Assembly: GCA_045837725.1 (NCBI GenBank)
Contig: JBEWZL010000267.1
Location: forward strand, 62,001 to 126,000
DNA length: 64,000 nt
Direction: 5' to 3'
Origin: Vermamoeba vermiformis
Taxonomy: Eukaryota
Position 1 is the stretch's first letter; each line of letters opens with the position of its first letter. This document shows positions 14,301 through 23,000 of this stretch, in pieces. The translations under genes and the position numbers were made by a program. The notes under the pieces are model-generated. The model ran no database searches, was not told the DNA's origin, and saw nothing but the letters and a program-made list of their open reading frames with translations.

Positions 14301-17163
14301 CGGAGAATTACTGATCTCAGTCGTCCCATAGGTCTTGCCCTTAATGAACTCGTAAAGGCTCCTCCCTTCAAGTTCGAGACAGTAGATGATGCCTGCGACA
14401 TCATTGCGGACAATGGCCACATCTTCTCTTCAAAATATGATCTAGTCTCGGCATATCGTCACTTGCCTGTGTGGCCTGATCACTGGGACCTGTGTGGCTT
14501 CATGTGGAATGACGTCTATTATGTGGACTTGCGAGTCTGCTTCGGCTATCGAAAGGCTCCATACGTGTTCTACAAAGTGTCTAATTTCATTAAGCGAATA
14601 GGGCAGAAGTACTACTCCGTGTGCTTAATTGTCCCGTACCTTGATGACTTCCTAGTTCTATCGCCTGGTCCAACAAAAGATCAAGCAAGGCAGAATGCAG
14701 TCCAAGATGCCGCTAATTTCCGGCGCTGTCTTCGAGAGATGGGCTGGGAAATTTCGGAGAAGAAGTGCGTAGAAGTCACACAGCTGGTCGTCTTCCTTGG
14801 CATCCAACTCGACTTGGTGGAGAAGACAGTGGTGTTGCCTGCAGACAAGTTGAAGAAGTTGATGGCTCAGCTCGAGAGCTTCGTGGTGCGAGAGCATGCG
14901 ACAAAGAGAGAGTTGCAGGAGCTGGTCGGTTGTCTCAACTTTGCTTGTTCAGTGATTAGAGGAGGACGTACCTTTTTACGTCGCGCTATTGATCTGATTA
15001 ATTCCGTTAGCGAAGACAGACGTCACATACCCGTGGCACTCAACAACAACTTCAAGATGGACATCAAGTGGTGGCTGAAATTTGCGCGCGACTGGAATGG
15101 CAAGGAGAAGATGCTGGACCCACGACCAATTGATGATCGCCATTTCACCGTGGACGCGTCTGGCACAGCAGTTTGCGCCGTATTCGACAAGCACTTCATT
15201 GTCCGCTATCACGACAGTCTGACGACAGAGTGGCATATTAACGAGAAAGAGTGCCTTGCAGTGTATCTGGCCGCACTGAAGTGGGGTCACCTATGGTCTG
15301 GCAGGAGAGTCGTGGTCAGTTCTGATAACTCTACCACTGTGGCTGCTTTAAACAAAGGATCGTCCAAAGCAGTGCATATAATGAAGATGCTACGCTCGTT
15401 GTTCTGGCTCTCAGCCAAGAACAACTTTCATCTTACTGCGGTTCATTTACCAGGTAATCGCAACATCCTGGCCGACGCTGGCTCTCGCGGTCGCTTCGGT
15501 CCGTTAGACAAAGCAGGCATTACCATGTCTCCGTGCCCAACTCTGGAATGGATAGATCTGTGAACGAGTACCTACAGCTGGCGTACGCACCATCTACAAA
15601 CCGCTCCCGAGAATCAGCAGTGGGTGCCTTCGAACGTTGGTGCCTTTCAACCCAGCGCACTGTGGAGACATCAGAGGATACACTGTGCGAATATATTGCG
15701 TATCTAGCGAATAAGAATGTGAAAGCGAGCTCTATCAAGGCATACGTGAGTTCAATTAATACTCACTTTAAATTGCTCGGGCAGAAGGACTGTCTGGCGG
15801 ACAAATTCAAGATCAAGACCATGATCCGTGGAGTCAAGCGAGCTCAGGCGCACGCACCTAGTGGAAAACACCCGCTCACTCCAGTGGAGCTAAGAAGAAT
15901 TAGGCAGTCGCTGGATTGGACTTCGTCGCGTGATCGTACCTTCTGGGCGTGCTTGGTGATTGGCTTTTGGACCTTCTTGCGAGGCAGTAATTTGGTCCCC
16001 AAGGCAGCGAACAAGTTTGACCCAAATCGTCATCTCTCTCCAGCAAATATGACGATTAAGAGCAACGTCGTATTCGCACTGATGAAAACGAAGACGATCC
16101 AATTTGCGGAGAGACTGCTGGTGCTTCCACTGGTTGCTTTACCGGGTAATGACTTGTGTCCGGTGGCTGCGTTGGTTGCGATGTGGGAGCTGTGCCCACT
16201 ACGCAAAGCTGGTCCGTTGTTTACCTTCAGTGATGGGCGAGGGGCAGTGGTGCCTCTTCTTCACTCGAAGCTGAACGAAAGTATGTGGTGCCAGTCGTGG
16301 GACTGGTCATACTTGGTTGCTTTTAGCTGATTAACTGACTCTTCTAGTGATAAGAGATGCGTGTCGTAAAATTGGCCTGGATCCATCGAACTACTCTGCT
16401 CACTCTTTGCGGAAGGGCGGAGCGACCATCGCCTTACTCTCCGGTGTGGATGTGACAATGGTCAAGGCACAAGGAGACTGGGTCTCAAACGCGTATGAAC
16501 GGTACATCTCATTCTCTATGGTCCAACGAGAGAGCGTTCCACGGAAGATAGCGGAGGCGATGAAGGAGGAGGATTTTGAAGAGCGCTGCACTTCCCTGGC
16601 CTTGGCGACTCAGGCAGCTCTCTATTGATAGTTTGGGGCTCGAACGCTTTCGGTTTGGGAGACTTCGTTGGCATTCGGCCCCAAGCGAGGGGGTATGAGA
16701 GTGCAGAAGTCCCTAACGCCGTGCGCTTCACCCCAGTTGACGAATGTCGAAGTAATCGAGGTTCTGGCAGCAACATTGCCGCAGGAGATTTGCGCGGGAA
16801 CGGAGATATGAAGAAAGTTCGGTTGCCCTGGGAGATTGACACGTGACGAGTTTCCTGGAAGTAATTGTTCGACGGTTGACACGACCAACACCACAGCTGT
16901 ACTATTTGTTATATAGCTCTGGTAATTTTGTTTTTTATTTTTATTTTTCTTTACGTATTACAAATAAAGCGGGAGACTTCGTTGGCATTCGGCCCCAAGC
17001 GAGGGGGTACGAGAGTGCAGAAGTCCCTAACGCCGTGCGCTTCACCCCAGTTGACGAATGTCGAAGTAATCGAGGTTCTAAAAAGATACGTTGATCTTGC
17101 AAGATTCGTACCACTTGTTAAAAGGACGAACAATACGACCCAAAGCACTCGGACTATCACCAT
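8309..17163 (-). CDS. Single-pass receptor tyrosine kinase (copy 2); intron 1 interrupted by the YR retrotransposon
   Basis: Paralog of 1790-5704 (HRDLAARN, near-identical TM). Exon 1 at 17163-17112 (MVIVRVLWVVLFVLLTS, donor G|GTACG) splices in phase 1 to the TAG acceptor at 12144 and continues in frame (DSSCTASQRPPMTRSF). Copy 1 has the same phase-1 first intron. Confidence 0.85.
12181..12351 (+). repeat. Split direct repeat A1 (171 bp)
   Basis: Identical by eye to 16765-16935. Confidence 0.97.
12379..13995 (+). CDS. gag: Gag-like ORF1 with C-terminal CCCH and C2HC zinc fingers
   Basis: First ATG after A1. Q/P/G/Y-rich middle, YEWESVMKLDEEFRR..W segment, CHQWNCGTCSYGPNCKFAH followed by CLWCAENHKAIQC. 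Confidence 0.85.
   Translation: MSRSQICSNHLQSLTSIGDVNTVEPKKIFEVLELVTTWSRLLREAKSDPDELPFLHALAVAVCLADDPSALDRSPVTSKSSLMKFYERVDQEANKDYLPLLKPLADRISELDSQNDDLLNLGEDRPSKVELNLDEFDELTSSADETTRKILQDFLRSPAVQKKKRKRVAPPPAPRQPPPNPASGSSQKNSASSRGAIEIDEEAMTAVRNLLDTAKETQGSAFNANQNPSTQPWQQASQQPYAPSAPPSAPSYYGQGQQGSQGQSMQNGYAGTGYHQPFYSSPIQGGGHTAYALVQNYYSQPYPPLQGANTYQPPVGPSQHQWGFAMPSFAYEKKQSDPSSRAVAAIPNSTLVLGESKAEVQLYLPRHCTDEGLVRGPKSKNEKPKDVTEYLLASQRIAVAMNLESYPVAFQDYSMYLTHMVGLSRVYEWESVMKLDEEFRRRQALGNLRWAPPPYEVASLILTTHTSDQPRALPGRPQDGKKKQGPCHQWNCGTCSYGPNCKFAHVCLWCAENHKAIQCPKANSAQTNSSGASGARSN
13923..15563 (+). CDS. pol: Reverse transcriptase - RNase H (pol)
   Basis: RT motifs YRRITDLS, KYDLVSAYRHLPV, CFG..AP, YLDDFL, FLGI. 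RNase H motifs TVDAS, HINEKE, SDNSTTV, N..ADAGSR of the DIRS/Ngaro type. Confidence 0.95.
   Translation, partial: GNPVPKSELRPDEFFGRVWGSEQLIRARYSSVTMAFSFWSKYLEDDEDKDLLTEVFAPGRGLRLVENDELVLPSELANYSIPDSSVHDLFTADIQAELEKGYIAVATSKPRKVNALGAVDKGDGRYRRITDLSRPIGLALNELVKAPPFKFETVDDACDIIADNGHIFSSKYDLVSAYRHLPVWPDHWDLCGFMWNDVYYVDLRVCFGYRKAPYVFYKVSNFIKRIGQKYYSVCLIVPYLDDFLVLSPGPTKDQARQNAVQDAANFRRCLREMGWEISEKKCVEVTQLVVFLGIQLDLVEKTVVLPADKLKKLMAQLESFVVREHATKRELQELVGCLNFACSVIRGGRTFLRRAIDLINSVSEDRRHIPVALNNNFKMDIKWWLKFARDWNGKEKMLDPRPIDDRHFTVDASGTAVCAVFDKHFIVRYHDSLTTEWHINEKECLAVYLAALKWGHLWSGRRVVVSSDNSTTVAALNKGSSKAVHIMKMLRSLFWLSAKNNFHLTAVHLPGNRNILADAGSRGRFGPLDKAGITMSPCPTLEWIDL
13935..13988 (+). promoter_or_regulatory. 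Predicted -1 programmed ribosomal frameshift signal (slippery heptamer + stem-loop)
   Basis: C CCA AAA in gag frame (13935-13941), 5-nt spacer, then stem CTCCG/CGGAG + CCCAGACG/CGTCTGGG. Pol is in the -1 frame and open from 13923. Confidence 0.7.
15548..16628 (+). CDS. Tyrosine recombinase, two exons (15548-16280 + 16348-16628; 337 aa)
   Basis: Catalytic R (FLRGSNL) is in exon 1. HSLR, GDW and the Tyr motif (AYERY) are in exon 2. Splicing gives ...KLNE-M-IRDACRKIG in frame. Confidence 0.9.
16281..16347 (+). other. Spliceosomal intron inside the YR gene (67 nt)
   Basis: Donor GTATGT, branch-like TTAACTGAC, pyrimidine tract and TTCTAG acceptor. Removal restores the reading frame. Confidence 0.85.
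16657..16765 (+). repeat. Split direct repeat B1 (109 bp)
   Basis: Matches 16971-17079 with one difference (T16696 vs C17010). Confidence 0.97.
16765..16935 (+). repeat. Split direct repeat A2 (171 bp)
   Basis: Identical to A1. It abuts B1, sharing one T. Confidence 0.97.
16971..17079 (+). repeat. Split direct repeat B2 (right terminus)
   Basis: Copy of B1, preceded by a 35-bp T-rich spacer containing AATAAA (16963-16968). Confidence 0.97.
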
Positions 17164-17942
17164 CGTGGCGTGATCTTTAATATATTGATCACCGCACTTT
17201 CGCCTTGCCTTGTGGGATTACACAGCTAATGTGAACGTGAATGGCAAGGAGCGGGTTATTCGCCGCTGACTGATTTAATGTGAGCCAGCAACTTTAAAAA
17301 AGAATGCGTTAATAATACATAAATATTAATACGGTTTTGCAACTAAAGCTGAAGCACGATATTAAACTAATCAAAAAATGCTAGCATTTTTAAAAATTAA
17401 TTAAATGGGCATTTACGTACAAATTTAACGTGCAAGTTAATATTACAACAGTTTTGCAGCCAATAAAAATTTTGAAACCGAGTTGCAAAATTGATCTTTG
17501 ATCTACTCACCAGCCATCGACAAACCCAGACCGCCTTCCTATTCAACGCATTCATACTTGAAATTGTCACGGATGGCGTATTCAAGAGAGTTGTGTGGTG
17601 ATTAACAATACAAAATCGAATTGTTCATAGTTTAATAGATCTTAAATTATTTCGGGCTTTGTATTTCCAAGATTAGATACTTTGTAATTATAGTACGTAT
17701 TAAAAACGATGCTTTCAAGAACGAAAAATTGGATTGACTAAATTCTGGATGTGCGATCGTGTTTCTTCCACAATCGAGCAATCGCTTAGTTAGCTGTTAA
17801 TATCAAGAACCTGAATACTTAAGGACAGAGCGTGGTGTTCCAGACAAAAATACTTTCATTTCACGTGCGGAATTTTTTGGGTAACTTTTACGCGAGCGAA
17901 AATTTATTGTCAGTTTTGTACGTTTCTTTCGCGAAGATCAAA

Positions 17943-19608
17943 CTATTTGCTCACTTTAGGCTTTTTTGTTCGCAATTCATCTATTTCATCCTGCGTATGT
18001 GCTTTACGCTTGTTGTTTTGATTAGAATTTGGTTGTTTTTCTCGTCTTTCAAGGGCGTTCTGTTCAAGACCAAACTGATTTGAATCAACACTAACATCTA
18101 GTGAACAGAGCTCTTTTGCATCCTCAGCAAACTTTTTGATAATCTTGTTGAGCATATCAACAGGAATAGTATCCATCTTAAGTGTCTCTTTAAACTGTTG
18201 CAATGTCTCATGTAGAAGTTGGATAGCCCTTGGAATACCCATACTCTTCTTCCACAAAGCATGCACAAGTGCCTGGGCAGATTTTGTCAGAGGCTCATTG
18301 ATGATTTGCTGGCAAATAGTCATGCAACTCTCTTGTGATAGTGGAGTCAAGGGCAAGCTAATATTTGTCATTATCTTGGCAGGCTCTTGGAGCTTGTTAA
18401 GATTGGTTGTGTATTTGCCAGCCTGAATGAATTAGTAAAAAACCTTGTTGACCATGAACATACCATCAACATGTGAACTTTGACCTTGTTGCAATACAAA
18501 AGTTGATAGTCATAGAAATGCACCATCACTCTATAAGCAAGAAGTTTATCTGAGGCACTTGTTTCAAGAAGTAGCTGCAAAAGTTAGTCAATGCTTTTGA
18601 ATTGAACAGGTTGTGCACTTACTGAGGCCTCATCAATGTTGACCAGCAATATTTTAGAGTCTAAGCTAAGCCCAATTGCAACATAACTTCTATCATTGTA
18701 CACCAGATGAACAAACAAATCAAGCAATGAGAAGAACACTGAATAGTTTTCTTTGTTGGGGGCTGTCTTGAGAAGTTCGTTGCTGATAAGCCACTCTTTG
18801 TCTTCATCTTTGTCTGGGTTCCATGTGATAGGAATATCAACCTCTGTAGTATTGATCTTGTGCTTGCCTGCAAATCTGCTGCAAATGTTGCTAATCACAA
18901 TTCTTCGACAAATCAAATCTGTCAAGAGAAATGCTTGTTGTTCATCTTGTAGATTGGTAAGTACTGCAGGTGCTACATCTAACTCAGCTATTGATGCTGA
19001 TATAATCAAAGACTTCTTTAAGGTCTCATGAAGACTGGACAAAAACCTGAGGCGTTGCTGCTGGTTTTTGGAGAGATTTGCATCAAATGCGCCGTTTTTG
19101 ATTTCTTCAGCAATGGTTTCAAAGGATTTATGGGCAGGCAAGGGCAGCGTTGAATTTTCAATGAATGCTTGCATTACTTCAGGATCGTGGAACACTCTAA
19201 TTGCCCACTCTAATAGCAGTCGCGTCTTTCCGTAGCCAGAAGACGCAGCAATTACAGCTGCATTCGGTTTCATTAGGCCAATGCCAGTTGCGTTTGCAAA
19301 GCAGTCTGAAAGTAGTTGTAGCATCGTTTGTTGCCGGTTTAGGAATGGCGGATCTCGTAAATTTGTCCATTTCGCAGGCGTTGTTCTTATGGCACCTCTT
19401 GGCAACATAAAGACGAAGTTGTTGTCGGAATGAGGGACGTAGTCATCATTGAGAATATTTTGGCACTCAGACATGATCAAAGATACGGCGCCACGAGACA
19501 GACGTTTGATAGCAGAAAGTATTTGCAGTATCTCGTCTTTTTCGCGGTTAGTTTTGTTCTGAGTGGATACGACTTACTTTGCTCTTCTGGCAGAGGTTCG
19601 CTCCTCAT
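17943..19608 (-). CDS. CRN-like P-loop NTPase protein (5' end uncertain)
   Basis: Walker A AASSGYGKT, Walker B LLVNIDEA, PLTPLS and GIPRA motifs. The three ORFs join in frame through short GT-AG introns. Confidence 0.7.
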
Positions 19609-20007
19609 TCTAGAAAAAATCAATATTTTATTAATTAATTTATTGATACGGAATTATTAAAGCAAAACATGTTAATTATATGGCTCGTACAAAATTATAA
19701 GAATTAAATAATCATGAATTATTTGAGAATACTTCATTTTAAAATAAATTTACGCATCCAACCTTTTGTTTACCTGGTGCTTCGTAACGCCGTGTTTACT
19801 TAATAAAGTGAACGTTTATTACGAGTATTGGATTAGTATTGCTGTTTCTCTTGCACGACTGAGACACATGTTCAACATAATTGCAAATCCGCGGGTTCGT
19901 GTTGATCAGACCTTCGCAGTTGATTCAAAAAAGGTTTTATCGGCCATCAAACGATCAATGAAACAATTCTTCGGTTATATTTATTCGTAGCTAAAAATAC
20001 AATTATT

Positions 20008-23000
20008 TTAAGATGATTGGTTGCTGTTGGAAGTAGACGATGACGAAGATCCGGATCCACTCGTTTGACTCGAGCTTGATTCTTGTTGACCTCGCGGGGT
20101 ATTATTAGCACTACTCAAGTCTATTCTAGGCGAAGTCACCGGCGTAATTAACGAAGTTTGACTAACAATGTTTTGGATGTTCGAACTATTCGCACGTAAC
20201 AGCGACGCTTGGCTCTGGTACGAAGAAGACGCAACAATTTCGCTGCTTGAACTCTCGCTGCTGGAAGAATCATCGTCTTCGGGGTAAACTTCTTCGGGCT
20301 CTTTCGGGGCAAGAGATCGCGCTGTTAGGGCAGTGACCGGCGCATCCGCAGTGGCAGTAGATCTAGTAGTAATTACGCCTGAAGGTACTCGCGTAACCTT
20401 CATTTCTTCTTCGGTAGTTTCGTTCTTGCTGGTCATGTCGCCCTACAAATAAATTATTAGATCTCGATAATTTTTGTTTCCGGAAAAGTTAGGTAGCGAC
20501 TTACTGAGTTAGGATAGACTTCCTTCGAGGCACTAGTACTAGTTCTATTGACTGATCGGCCAGTAGCGGATCCCGTAGTCGATCGAGAAAGTTTTTGCTT
20601 CGCATCGATCGTTCTAAGAATAGATACTACGGTAGCAATAGGGACCACTTCTACGGCAATCAATACCGCCATAGCAACAGTATTGTTACGGTATCCGGAG
20701 AATAGCAGACCTAGTAAGAAACCGCATTGTAACAACAATCCAATGGCGCAGATCGTCGCAGTCCAAAAGATCTAAAGAACCATTAATACGCATATCTTAT
20801 TAATAATTGTATATATAACGTACTCTCTTCTTAGTTCCGTGCCTGTCTGACGATCGAGCGGATTTCATGTCGGACTGGACCATGTTATGATACACTCTGA
20901 AGCCGTTGATTAAATAGCCTGCGCCGAGTGCAAACGACAAGATTGAGACGATTAAACGATAGACCATGGCAATAGATTGTCTAAATAAGGAAAAATTGGT
21001 CAATGAAAATTCGTTACGAGAAAAGTGATGTTCGATTTCTTACCTCGTTGAAAGATCGCGAGTAATCAATCTGCCGCCGCAGATCGCGTTATCTCCACTA
21101 GGCAATTTCTCGTATAATATAACAAGCACGATAAACACGCCGTACAAAACTCCGTTGAGAATTCCAACGACGCGAATAATTCTCTTGTTCATTACACTAC
21201 GAGAGATGCTAGGCTTGCGAATCAAACGCATAGTGAATACCCTAAGGATAAATTATTACTATAGTGCCTATAATTACGAAGTACATTTAATTCATACCAT
21301 AATACGACGAAGAAGCTTAGCGCGGAGAAATATAAGAACGAAGGCAATTCAACAAGAATATAAACTCCGTGTGCATTTTGCGTAGCAAAAACTCCTCCGA
21401 CTGATAGCAAATAGAACAGCAATCGAACTAAGAACATCATTAGTACTACGAAGACTAATATGAAAATAATGTTATGTACCTAAACAAAGAGCGCCTAAGA
21501 GCAAAATAACGGCAAAGTTCAGCTGTCGTTGCAATCTGAAGTGGAGAATGATGGCTGCCTTGACGAGACAATAGACGAAGCAAAATGCATAGCAAACGAT
21601 TGAAATGATCAATAGGGCCAATTCAGAGTCGGTAAGCGGCTAAGCAACATACGTTAGCGAAATTTCGATTGAAATTTCGGGGTAAATTTTTCGGTTTCTT
21701 ACCACTGAAGGTCTGTCAGTGCTCCAATTTTCTATGCGAACAACAGGGAAGTAGGCAATGTTGTTAGCAGCCTTAACGGTCACTGTGCCGCAATAGACCG
21801 TGTCGTTAACACTCACTTGAACGTTTAGTGGCTTGACGTCATTGGTCGTAACATCGCTGAGATAGTTTAGAATATGCATCGCTTAATTATACTTAAGTAT
21901 TGACTTACACTGTAGCAAAGTCGAGAACAGGATATTTGCTAAGTGCGAATGAGTCAGGGCCAGTAGCAATCGTGACGCAAATTTCAACGTTGCGAAGGGT
22001 TGCATCCGTGAACTAGCAAAGACATTAGGCCACTATTATTATAGAGATGTATTAACATACTCTGAAGCTAACTCCATCACCGATAAGTCGACCAACAATA
22101 GAGTCCAAATCGTTGGTGAACGCGTAAGCGTTATCTTGACTGAAATCTACCAAGAAACTTGACAACGCGTCCTACACGATGTTATTGCTAAATAAGGAAA
22201 GAAGGAGAGCAAGTACTTACGGGAGTGCTGTATCGGAACTCTCCGATGGCGACAGCGCCAATGCCGACAGTAATGCACGTGCTCGGTGCATCGAGCGTGT
22301 CAGCGGTGTAAAACGCATTCACGTTGTTAGCTCCGAGAGTGCCGTTGACACCTTGACAGACGACATTGACACCGTCAGTTGACGTCGGATCGTACGACGC
22401 GAAACATTGTTCTGACGCTTGTCCCGACGGATTGCAACTGCACGAGATGACGTTCAAGAGGTCCAGTTGCTGGCCGTAGAAACATTTTGATTGGGTCTTC
22501 AATTCAAATGCGTACTTGGACTCGATGGCCGTGCTAATTTGATCGTAGAGCGAGACAAAGTCGAGTGTTTTGTTCATTGAATAAGGTTGATAAAGACCGC
22601 GAGGGACCCATTCGAGATTCTTCGAGATACCTCCTTCCCAAGTACCCTACAACACTTAGCATATAATCTTATGACGATATATTATAAGGGTGGCTTACAG
22701 GTCTCCAGTTGAGTACGGGGACGTATTTGCCGCCAGTAGCAAGGCAATCAGCTTCGCCTTTGAACGTCAACATCCAGCCGTTGATGAATGCTTCGTCGAC
22801 AAATGTTTCGATGCAGCCGTAACCGTGAGCAGCGCATTCAGCTTCAGTTCTCGGGGCTAAGAAGACCATTAGGAAATTTCCATGAAGTATAAGCCACTTA
22901 CGTTTCATCCAAGTGCCGTTGAAAGAATTGCACGATGCTTCAGTTAGAATCGATTGATCGACGCATCCGAGCTACAAACACGTTAGTTATCATAATGATA

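Larger units (their letters stand above)
12181..17079 (+). mobile_element. Ngaro-type tyrosine-recombinase retrotransposon (DIRS order), full length
   Basis: Split direct repeats in the order A1-gag-RT/RNaseH-YR-B1-A2-B2. No methyltransferase domain is seen after RNase H, and there is no target-site duplication. GC content is higher than the flanks. Confidence 0.93.

Noticed and set aside
15533-16628. YR as a frameshifted pseudogene (two ORFs)
   Set aside because: A canonical 67-nt GT-AG intron joins the halves exactly in frame.
16657-17079. B-A-B repeats as a CRISPR array or classical LTRs
   Set aside because: Repeat sizes, order and context fit split direct repeats; there are no spacers, cas genes, TG..CA ends, PBS or TSD.
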